This document shows, in pieces, positions 25,674 through 33,538 of a stretch of 64,000 nucleotides of DNA. The translations under genes were made by a program, and so were the position numbers. Origin of the DNA: an uncultured Candidatus Cloacimonadota bacterium (GTDB taxonomy: Bacteria; Cloacimonadota; Cloacimonadia; Cloacimonadales; TCS61); assembly GCA_964457455.1 (NCBI GenBank), contig CAYWJN010000001.1, positions 5,648 to 69,647 on the forward strand. The letters run 5' to 3'. The notes below the pieces were generated by a model. That model made no database searches, was not told where the DNA came from, and saw nothing but the letters and a program-made list of their open reading frames with translations. The first letter of the stretch is position 1, and every line of letters begins with the position of its first letter.

Positions 25674-27662
25674 ATGATCAAATATATTGACCTCCCATCT
25701 TACGATAAGAATGGGAACCCCACTGTCCAGCCGATTAATTTTTATGGCATGGAGAAAGTGGCTAATTACAATTACATGCCCAAAGATGCTCAGGAGTTTG
25801 TGGCGAACATAACGCCGGTAAAAAATAGGGTCTTCTTGCTGATCAGTGCGGTTGCCGATGAGTGTTGGGGAGCAAATAGTAATTCAGATTTCTTCCCAAC
25901 TATGAGTCTAAGTAATCCTACGGATGATTGGGGGTATAAAACTTACCTTAAGGCACATTATTTTCATCGCCATGAGAATAAAGACCCAGCCAAAGGGTTC
26001 GGTAGAGTGATTTTCTCCACATGGGATGAGATGATGGGCAGAGTGCTGGTAGTTGCAGAGGTGGATACCCTGAAGGATTTGGACACGAAGCAGATGCTGG
26101 ATAGTCACCAGCATATTCCGACATCGATGGGCATGAGGGTTCCTTATGATGTTTGTCGGGTATGCCATCCTAAATGGAAAGAATTCTACAAGATTCCGGA
26201 AAATGAAATGATCAAAATATCTATTTCCGGCGATATTGATGAGATAAAGGCGATTGGCAAAAAGTATGGCGTTGATTTGTCATATATTACTGAATTGAAT
26301 GACGAAGAATTCAAGGAAACTGATGATGGACAAAAGAAGAGTCTCGGAAGAGGTCCTGTTGGGATTCACTCAACATTGAACAAATATTGCGACCATATGA
26401 AGTACATGAGGGGTAGAATGGTGCCCTCAACCGGTATAGTTGTCTCTGTGGTCAATATGAGACCTAAGTTTTTCGATATAAGTAAGGTGGGAACGAATGC
26501 TGAAAAATCCAGTTATGTCCTGCAGAAGGTTGCTAGCAAAGATGACTCTGGCAGAATAACAGAAGAAGAATTAATTGAAATAGAAAAAGCCTCCGAGAAC
26601 AAGAGGGCAGAAGATAAGAAGGCAGATATTGAAAAAGAGGTAGAAGGCCAAGTATTAAGTGATGATCATATGGCGATTAACAATTATATCGGTGAAAAAA
26701 TAGTCCCGGAATTGAAAGCATCTGAAATGGATCTTCCGGTGGGAACAATAAGTGAGATTGCAAAATATCCCATTGATGATATTCTGACAACATTCTTGAG
26801 TGCGGGGGCATACCCTCGTCCACGGGAATTTCAGAGGATTATCTTAATTCAAATGGGGAAAAAAGATGATGCAGATGAATATGATAGACAGAAAATAGTT
26901 ATTCCGGATACAATAGAGGGAATTCCAACATCTGGGGAATGCTTACCAGGAATAACCTTCTCTCCAGATAAAATTAATAACAATATTTTTGATATCATAA
27001 AACCGTTTTTAATGCAAAGGTCATATTATAGACCATGCATGATCAAGAGAATCGTGATGGTAAAGAGGGCAAATGAAATTAATGCATATTTAGATCCGCC
27101 CAAAAATCATAAATCGCCCTTACCTGGAATATTAGGAACCATCGCTGCTACCTATATGTTGTCGAAAACAAAAGCAGGAAAACACCTTGTCCCGCTTGTT
27201 AAAAATATAAAAGGTAACCCAAAACTCTGGATAGCCGCCATTGTCGGCAGCGAGGTGGCTTCGCGTTTATTTAACTATTCGCGGGAAGAAATGGGTAATA
27301 ATATGGTTAAGACATCTGCTAAATATACGAATATAGCTACCTTGGTTGGGCTGCCCGTGGCATCTTATTTATATGCTGGGCATGTTTATAATAAAGCCAA
27401 ATCGGGAAGACATATCAGCGGTGTTGAAAAATTCGTGGCCAAAAATCCTGGAGGGGTTGGAATTGCTGCTGGGCTTACCGCTAATCCCCATACTCGAAAA
27501 GCAATAAAAGTAATACTTAAGGGAGTGGTAGGGAAGCATGCCGAACTTGATATGTTAATAAAAAATGGAATGGATTTTAATGGGATGGATATAACGCAAT
27601 ATCCTATAGAAGATAGAGATAGCATTATTGCATCGATGTGGAAAAATCTATATGATAAATAA
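25674..27662 (+). CDS. prohead serine protease (HK97/S78-like N-terminal domain) with long C-terminal extension
   Basis: The three blocks recalled for this family appear in order. The His block is YFHRHENKDPAKGFGRVIFSTWDEMMGRVLVVAEV. The Ser block is IPTSMGMRV. The late block is FFDISKVGTNAEKSSYV. Position is just upstream of scaffold-like and capsid genes. Confidence 0.55.
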   Translation: MIKYIDLPSYDKNGNPTVQPINFYGMEKVANYNYMPKDAQEFVANITPVKNRVFLLISAVADECWGANSNSDFFPTMSLSNPTDDWGYKTYLKAHYFHRHENKDPAKGFGRVIFSTWDEMMGRVLVVAEVDTLKDLDTKQMLDSHQHIPTSMGMRVPYDVCRVCHPKWKEFYKIPENEMIKISISGDIDEIKAIGKKYGVDLSYITELNDEEFKETDDGQKKSLGRGPVGIHSTLNKYCDHMKYMRGRMVPSTGIVVSVVNMRPKFFDISKVGTNAEKSSYVLQKVASKDDSGRITEEELIEIEKASENKRAEDKKADIEKEVEGQVLSDDHMAINNYIGEKIVPELKASEMDLPVGTISEIAKYPIDDILTTFLSAGAYPRPREFQRIILIQMGKKDDADEYDRQKIVIPDTIEGIPTSGECLPGITFSPDKINNNIFDIIKPFLMQRSYYRPCMIKRIVMVKRANEINAYLDPPKNHKSPLPGILGTIAATYMLSKTKAGKHLVPLVKNIKGNPKLWIAAIVGSEVASRLFNYSREEMGNNMVKTSAKYTNIATLVGLPVASYLYAGHVYNKAKSGRHISGVEKFVAKNPGGVGIAAGLTANPHTRKAIKVILKGVVGKHAELDMLIKNGMDFNGMDITQYPIEDRDSIIASMWKNLYDK

Positions 27663-27749
27663 ATTGCTTGACAAATAATCAGAAAATTATCAAGCATAAC
27701 ATCATATAGTATGAATAATAAAAACATTGTAAAAAAAGGAGTAAAGACA

Positions 27750-28106
27750 ATGGGTGAAATTAAGAAAGTAGCAGAAGAAATGTTGGCAAATGATTTCATT
27801 AGCCTTGGCTATATTGAACAAGCGGAATCATTGGAGAAAGAGGCTTTTAAAATCAATTTTAAGCCAATACTTGGTAAAGGTAAAGGGTTGATGGGCAGGA
27901 TGAAAACCTTTTACGGCAAAGCTAAAAAATTCCCTGCCAAGCATTACAATAAAGCGACAACTTATACCACCAGTACGACTAATAAATTGCGCGATATAGT
28001 TACTGGCAGACGAGGGCGCAAAGCTCAAGCAATTGCAATAGGAACAGGTGGGCTTGGGTTGGCTGGTGCTGGTTATGGTGGATATAATATCCTCAAAAAG
28101 AAGTAA
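27750..28106 (+). CDS. small protein with Gly-rich C-terminus
   Basis: Track ORF is 27711-28106. ATG 27750 follows AAAGGAG. C-terminus reads AIAIGTGGLGLAGAGYGGY. Confidence 0.55.
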   Translation: MGEIKKVAEEMLANDFISLGYIEQAESLEKEAFKINFKPILGKGKGLMGRMKTFYGKAKKFPAKHYNKATTYTTSTTNKLRDIVTGRRGRKAQAIAIGTGGLGLAGAGYGGYNILKKK

Positions 28107-28124
28107 TATAAAAGGAGATAAAAA

Positions 28125-28691
28125 ATGTTTGAATTTTTAAACAAATTAGCCGCAAATGAAGAAGAAACTGGGCTTACAAAAAGTGCTCAATATCTTATTG
28201 TAAAAAAAGCGCAAGATAAAACCATTGAATACCTTAAGGAATCCAAAGAGTTTGAAAATGCATTTCCAGAAGTTATCAAGATTGCCAACGACGAGTTGGA
28301 AAAGATGTCAGAAGAAGATAAAGTAAAGGCCCATAATCTTTATGCTTTTGGTGCTGGGTGTGCATATGGTGAAGCATTAACCAAAGAGGCTATGGCAGGA
28401 CCGATGGCTGACGAAATTTATGCCACAATGATTCAGGTATTGAATGATAAGGGACACGAAAAGTTGGCAGAAGAGGTTGACAAGGTTTTAAACGAGGAGA
28501 GTCCTGCTCTTACCGAGGCTGAAATAATTGCAGAAGTGGCTAGTGAGGCTGCTGCTGAAAATCTGGTCGAAGAAGCTGGTGGAGAAGAAGTGGTGGAAAA
28601 AAATCCTGAAATTGCTGCTGAAATTCTGGAAACATCTCAAGCTATAGGTGCAGAGGTAGCTCAAGAAGTGACAGAAAAAACTGGCGAATAA
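28125..28691 (+). CDS. acidic scaffold-like protein
   Basis: Highly acidic and helical, with a Glu/Ala-rich C-terminus. Position is between the protease and the capsid gene. Confidence 0.5.
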   Translation: MFEFLNKLAANEEETGLTKSAQYLIVKKAQDKTIEYLKESKEFENAFPEVIKIANDELEKMSEEDKVKAHNLYAFGAGCAYGEALTKEAMAGPMADEIYATMIQVLNDKGHEKLAEEVDKVLNEESPALTEAEIIAEVASEAAAENLVEEAGGEEVVEKNPEIAAEILETSQAIGAEVAQEVTEKTGE

Positions 28692-28712
28692 CCCTTTAAA
28701 CAAGGAGATATA

Positions 28713-29192
28713 ATGGAGAATAAAGGAATCTTGGGAAGTTCGAATTTATTGCAATCCATCATAGATAAATCAGCATCTATAATTACCTCTGAAGGTAACA
28801 ACAAGACAGAATCATCCCATATAGACGACGACCCATTATCCCTTGCCCAGCAACTGGAAGAAGCGGCGAAAAAACCGTCAGGCAAAGAACCGAAGAAAAA
28901 ATATCCAGATAAAGAAGATGACAAGAAGAAAGAGCCAGAAAAAACTGCTGAAATAGAATTCTTCAGCAAAGAAGCACATGAAATTTTTGACCGTATTGAG
29001 CAGAGAATATCAGATGTGGATATCATAAAAGAGGGTAAAATTAAGGTTAAAAAGTTTGTATGGCCAGCGATTGCTGCAGCAACAGGAATAGGCGCATTCT
29101 TTGGTGGTAAAAAATATGAAGCTGGGAAAGACGAAACAGAAGATCGTCGAATTGCCAGGTTTTTCTATCGTCTAGGGCAAAGGAGCAAATGA
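28713..29192 (+). CDS. charged protein with IIKEG site and Gly-rich C-terminal segment
   Basis: DIIKEGKIKV is followed by WPAIAAATGIGAFFGG. Confidence 0.55.
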   Translation: MENKGILGSSNLLQSIIDKSASIITSEGNNKTESSHIDDDPLSLAQQLEEAAKKPSGKEPKKKYPDKEDDKKKEPEKTAEIEFFSKEAHEIFDRIEQRISDVDIIKEGKIKVKKFVWPAIAAATGIGAFFGGKKYEAGKDETEDRRIARFFYRLGQRSK

Positions 29193-29596
29193 TGGGTAAT
29201 AATAATAATGAATTAATGAAGAAATCAGCTGGGAAGATCCGTGAACTTGATCAGAAGATCAAAGAAATGGAAAAAGATGCAATAGATAAAAAAAAAGATA
29301 TTGATAAAGCGAATGAAAAGTTGCAACAGGCTAATGACAAGATTGCTTCGCTTGAAAAAGAAAATAAATGTAAGGCTATCGTATCAGGTCTGGTTGACGA
29401 TGAAGTGATTGGGAAGGTACACGAAAAGATTGCTTTTGATAAATTGTATAATAGCCCAAATCCTGAAGATTTGGAAGCAATTTATCGCGCAACCAGAAAT
29501 GATAAAGATGGTGACATAGAAAAATCGGCAGGTAGATATGAGAAATCTAAATCTGCTAAAGAAGAATTCTTACAAAATTTTGTGGGAATTCATTAA
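29189..29596 (+). CDS. coiled-coil scaffold-like protein
   Basis: K/E/D-rich with heptad-like sequence. Overlaps the previous stop (ATGATG). Confidence 0.5.
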   Translation: MMGNNNNELMKKSAGKIRELDQKIKEMEKDAIDKKKDIDKANEKLQQANDKIASLEKENKCKAIVSGLVDDEVIGKVHEKIAFDKLYNSPNPEDLEAIYRATRNDKDGDIEKSAGRYEKSKSAKEEFLQNFVGIH

Positions 29597-29615
29597 TTAA
29601 AAAAAGGAGATAAAA

Positions 29616-30086
29616 ATGTTAGTAGAGAGTCGTAATAAAGTTAAAGGCGCATATTCTGTTCACCTTTTGGTAGACCAAGATGATGATAATTTCGAAAATA
29701 TTGTTGAGGGAACTATCTTGAAGTGGACTGCGAATGGTGTTGTGAAAGCTAGCACAGGAGACTCCCTTGTTCTTACAATTGCTGGGAAGGCTAAATCTAT
29801 AGGCATGTTCTATATTGCAATGGGAAGTTATTTAACTGCAAAAGATCATGGATATATTGCAGCCACTCCCGTTGGAGCAGATTGGGAAGGGGAATTATAT
29901 AATAATCATGCTGCACAAGCCGTCGCATTGGGTGATTATCTTACTATCACAAATGGGGTGTTTACAAAATGCACTTCCGATGGTGAAGTTGCGGTAGCTC
30001 AAGTTATGGAAGCACAGGCTGGAGTCGTTGCAACAGATATTTGGAAGGTTAAATCCTTCGGATTCCCACAGGTTACCCAAGCATAA
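29616..30086 (+). CDS. putative capsid accessory or decoration protein
   Basis: 156-aa beta-rich ORF immediately upstream of the capsid gene. The call is positional only. Confidence 0.35.
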   Translation: MLVESRNKVKGAYSVHLLVDQDDDNFENIVEGTILKWTANGVVKASTGDSLVLTIAGKAKSIGMFYIAMGSYLTAKDHGYIAATPVGADWEGELYNNHAAQAVALGDYLTITNGVFTKCTSDGEVAVAQVMEAQAGVVATDIWKVKSFGFPQVTQA

Positions 30087-30098
30087 AGGAGATGAGAG

Positions 30099-31106
30099 AT
30101 GAATATAGATAATACACAATTAATAAAAGAGGCGAACGATATTCTGCAAGACCTTGCGATGAATGGTCGTGAGGCAAAAGATAATTTTATAACGAAATTC
30201 GGAACTTCTCTGGAAAATTACGTCAAGAGATATGTAAGGGAAGAGGCTTTCTCTGAGAAACTCTTGGTCAATAAAACCATGTCACCGAAGGATCCGGGTA
30301 TTCAAGAGACCGAAGATGCTGATGTATTTTACGTACTTGACAAGAAGGAAATCGGAGCAACCGCTGCCGAGGTCTCTATAAGAGGTGATACCCAACCCAT
30401 TTTCGTAGACACAAAAAAATATAAGATATGGATCGGCAAAATTGAAACAGAACGGCACAAAAAACCATGGCTGGAACTTGAAACATCTTCTGCTTCCGAT
30501 CTTGTTGATATGGTAACGAAAAATGGTGCCGAAGCAATAAGGCGAACTCAAGATTTAGGCTTTATCAAGAATGTTGCTTCCATATTGACAATTACGGGTA
30601 ATCATGTTGGTGGAGACACCACAGTATATACTGATACTATCGATTGGACAAATAGTGGTAGAAAAAAAGATCTTACGAACCTAATGTCCTATATCACACG
30701 ACAAGGACTTGTGCCTGCTAAATGGTTGATGTCTCAGACTGCATGGAATGATATGCTTGCATTTGATGCTGGTGAAGTTGGTAATCTTGCTGGAGAGACT
30801 TTTAAAAACGGTATAGCGCAGAAAGTCCTGCTGGATATTCCTGTCATTACAACCATAAAGGCAGACCTTAAAAATGATGATGAAACTATTTACTATTTTG
30901 ATAAAGAAGGTGATAGCGGCGAGCTCTATACAGATATCTATTTGTTTGTAGATCCATCTTATTTGGGTAAAAACATCAAAATTGGAAGCGATAAATCTGA
31001 TTCCAAATGGGAATGGGATGATTTCATCTGGGGTGCATGGAGATATACCGGTCACGGATTTGGCGACACTCGTGGTATCTGTAGGATGAGAATCCGAATT
31101 AAATAA
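30099..31106 (+). CDS. putative major capsid protein
   Basis: 335-aa ORF with a strong AAAGGAG SD, following the protease and scaffold-like genes and preceding a strong terminator region. The N-terminus carries LIKEA at 30120-30134. Confidence 0.55.
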   Translation: MNIDNTQLIKEANDILQDLAMNGREAKDNFITKFGTSLENYVKRYVREEAFSEKLLVNKTMSPKDPGIQETEDADVFYVLDKKEIGATAAEVSIRGDTQPIFVDTKKYKIWIGKIETERHKKPWLELETSSASDLVDMVTKNGAEAIRRTQDLGFIKNVASILTITGNHVGGDTTVYTDTIDWTNSGRKKDLTNLMSYITRQGLVPAKWLMSQTAWNDMLAFDAGEVGNLAGETFKNGIAQKVLLDIPVITTIKADLKNDDETIYYFDKEGDSGELYTDIYLFVDPSYLGKNIKIGSDKSDSKWEWDDFIWGAWRYTGHGFGDTRGICRMRIRIK

Positions 31107-31119
31107 TTGGGAATAGAGA

Positions 31120-31713
31120 ATGTTTCGCATACTCAATATAACGCGTAAAAATCCGCATATTAAGTCCTATGAGAATGTAACAATAATGGACGGGGAACAT
31201 AAACTTGTTGTCCGTCCTAAAAAGGTTACTGTTATTAGTGATGAGGTTCATGAACATTACAAGGGAATGATGACCGATACCACGGATAAAAGTGAATGGA
31301 CCGTCGACACCAAATTCTATGCTGTCAAAATCATATCTGTCTCGGGATTAACTATTTCGAACGATGAGGAAGAGACAATAGAAGATAAGGTTGAAGAAGG
31401 CTCAAAGAAACCGGATGAACCTGAACTCAAAGGGAGCGAAGAAGGTGAAGGGATTACTAATAAGGCTGAAGATGGTGATATTTCCGAGAAAAAAGAATTA
31501 ATATTGAAACAGGAAGAGGTAGCCAAAAAAGAAATAAAGGGCGATGAAATCACCAATAAAAAGGAAGGGCCAAAACCGTTGAACCGTGCCAAGATCATGG
31601 AAAATTTGGATGCTTATAATGAAACTCGTGATACTGATGAAAAAGTTACTTATCGCAAAAAGGACACCCTTGACACTCTGCAAAAACTTTGGGGTGGCCT
31701 GAATAAAGAATAA
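31120..31713 (+). CDS. acidic head-associated protein
   Basis: 197-aa ORF whose C-terminal two thirds are E/K/D-rich. Contains the 30-nt exact repeat at 31336-31365. Confidence 0.55.
   Translation: MFRILNITRKNPHIKSYENVTIMDGEHKLVVRPKKVTVISDEVHEHYKGMMTDTTDKSEWTVDTKFYAVKIISVSGLTISNDEEETIEDKVEEGSKKPDEPELKGSEEGEGITNKAEDGDISEKKELILKQEEVAKKEIKGDEITNKKEGPKPLNRAKIMENLDAYNETRDTDEKVTYRKKDTLDTLQKLWGGLNKE
31336..31365 (+). repeat. 30-nt exact direct repeat, copy 1 (partner 48879-48908)
   Basis: TCTGTCTCGGGATTAACTATTTCGAACGAT is identical at both sites. Both copies are codon-aligned and encode SVSGLTISND. Confidence 0.9.
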
Positions 31714-31719
31714 TTGATT

Positions 31720-31795
31720 CTTATCTGCCCATAGTGATAAGATATTAAAGGCATGGAGAATATGAACACAGTTTAATCTCTATGCCTTTTAATTT
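31720..31795 (+). terminator. intrinsic terminator region after the capsid operon
   Basis: A 6-bp hairpin CTTATC / GATAAG is followed by a 13-bp stem AAAGGCATGGAGA (31747-31759) / TCTCTATGCCTTT (31777-31789) with one G-U pair. The stem ends in TTTT AATTT. Confidence 0.65.
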
Positions 31796-31805
31796 AGAAG
31801 GAAAA

Positions 31806-32207
31806 ATGAATAATAACCAATTGATATCTCGCGTTAGGGCAATGTTCCGCGATATAGTTATAGAAAATAAACTAATGGATTCTTATGAGTATAGTGAGGA
31901 TGATATTATCAGTGCATCAGTAATCGCACTATCAAAAATAAATACTGATCATATTTATCAAACCGGGTATACAGTTGAGGATTGCCCAGAGCATATGTTG
32001 GTATTGGGCACAGCTTATTATGCTATGCAAGCGAGGGTTGCTCAAAAAATAAGAAATAAAGTTACTATAAACGATGGAGGAGTAATAGCAGATAGAGAGG
32101 GGAATACGCCTCTCTATATATCTTTAATGGCATCAATGAAGCAAGAGTTCGAAGAATCAATAAACAAGATTAAAGGTTGGGCAGATATCCAGCGAGCAAT
32201 GCCATGA
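31806..32207 (+). CDS. head-tail connector or neck protein (positional)
   Basis: Track ORF is 31782-32207. ATG 31806 follows AGAAGGA and lies outside the terminator stem. Confidence 0.45.
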   Translation: MNNNQLISRVRAMFRDIVIENKLMDSYEYSEDDIISASVIALSKINTDHIYQTGYTVEDCPEHMLVLGTAYYAMQARVAQKIRNKVTINDGGVIADREGNTPLYISLMASMKQEFEESINKIKGWADIQRAMP

Positions 32208-32950
32208 GAATAAGTGAATTTACAGCAGAAAGAACAAATACTCATACTGTCTTATTAATGTGGACGACAATGCCCCCAATAATGGAGTTAGAATTTGATG
32301 TATTAAGGGCATTAAATGATGGGGATGAGTTCCAAATAATATCTCGGGGAAAAGCCACATCATATCTTGATATAGAACAGAAAGCGATTAATAATAAGTA
32401 TATTAAATATAAAATAGTGTGTGGGAAAGAAGAATCTAACATCGTGACTCCTAATAATATTGGTGATCCTTATTTGTTGGGAGTTGCTTCAGATATTTTA
32501 TGGCAATTGGAAAAAGTTCCCCTCGGGGAGATATCTTATATTTATTGCAAATCAGAAACGAATATGAATTGTACTAATTGCTACAATGAGACTCTAAAAA
32601 AAAGAATCAAATCTTCCTGCTCAAGTTGTGGTGGCAGTGGAAGAATAAACGGATATAAAGGACCGGTTACAACATATATCAATTATAGTAGGACAATAAC
32701 GGATGATATTCAAATTGGTCAAATCGAAAAAGAAGAAGAAGTTGTACAGGCTTATATGTCAAATTTACCCATCGTTAAACAGGGAGACATAGTTATCAGG
32801 AGCAATCGGGAGCGATATGTCGTGAACAGACAACCGGATTACACATATTTAATGGGATCTATGGGCAAATTTATCGTGAGGCAGAATATCCTCCTAAAAA
32901 AACTCCATTATCAGGATATTGCATTTACTCTGGAAGTGCCGAATGTTTAA
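32204..32950 (+). CDS. neck or head-completion protein with zinc-ribbon insertion
   Basis: ATGA overlap start at 32204. CTNC...CSSCGGSG matches the CxxCxGxG pattern. Confidence 0.45.
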   Translation: MRISEFTAERTNTHTVLLMWTTMPPIMELEFDVLRALNDGDEFQIISRGKATSYLDIEQKAINNKYIKYKIVCGKEESNIVTPNNIGDPYLLGVASDILWQLEKVPLGEISYIYCKSETNMNCTNCYNETLKKRIKSSCSSCGGSGRINGYKGPVTTYINYSRTITDDIQIGQIEKEEEVVQAYMSNLPIVKQGDIVIRSNRERYVVNRQPDYTYLMGSMGKFIVRQNILLKKLHYQDIAFTLEVPNV

Positions 32951-33470
32951 TAAAACGGCGTTAAAAGAAGCAAATTTGATATGGTTAAGGGGATTACTCT
33001 TTAATCATGAAGATTATTCTGCGGACAATTTTTATACATCTGGAGATTGGGCGGAAAAAATGGAATATCCGGGCATGGTTGTATCAATAGCAAGGGAAAA
33101 TGTAGTAATCAATGGCAGCAATGGATTATTATCATATGATCCTATGAGCGAAGACCGTATATATTTATATATATCAGATTTTACTATCGTTGTTGAAATA
33201 TACAGCACAAACGATGAAGAGGTTGAATCTATCGCAAGCTATCTCATGTCTCAAATGAGGGAGACCTATACTCTCCCAAAATCTACGGACATAAGTATTT
33301 CAAGAACATTTGATGATATTGTTAAAGATAAAGCAACACCCAGGGAAAATAACTTTATGAAAGGATGGGTGTCGACAGTTTATTATGATATAAGAGTCAA
33401 TATGACAAAAACAATAGAAGGGGAATTTCATGATTGGTTCCCAACGGTGAGAGAAGTAAGTGGAGACTAA
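32943..33470 (+). CDS. tail-completion or neck protein (positional)
   Basis: ATG 32943 overlaps the previous stop. Starts MFNKTALKEAN. Confidence 0.45.
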   Translation: MFNKTALKEANLIWLRGLLFNHEDYSADNFYTSGDWAEKMEYPGMVVSIARENVVINGSNGLLSYDPMSEDRIYLYISDFTIVVEIYSTNDEEVESIASYLMSQMRETYTLPKSTDISISRTFDDIVKDKATPRENNFMKGWVSTVYYDIRVNMTKTIEGEFHDWFPTVREVSGD

Positions 33471-33538
33471 TGTAGAAATTAGTTGACAAATAAATGATAA
33501 AATATATGTAATTAATCAAATTTGATAAGGAGACGAAA

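Noticed and set aside
3723-33488. TTGACA boxes in intergenic regions (3723, 5799, 16841, 27668, 33483) as sigma-70 -35 elements
   Set aside because: None has a credible TATAAT-like hexamer at 16-19 nt. Three are parts of post-stop hairpins: AATTGAC/GTCAATT at 16839-16864, GCTTGA..TCAAGC at 27666-27695, and AATAT..ATATT at 5794-5809. The one at 3723 is too close to the SD. The intergenic enrichment is noted, but a promoter call is not supported.
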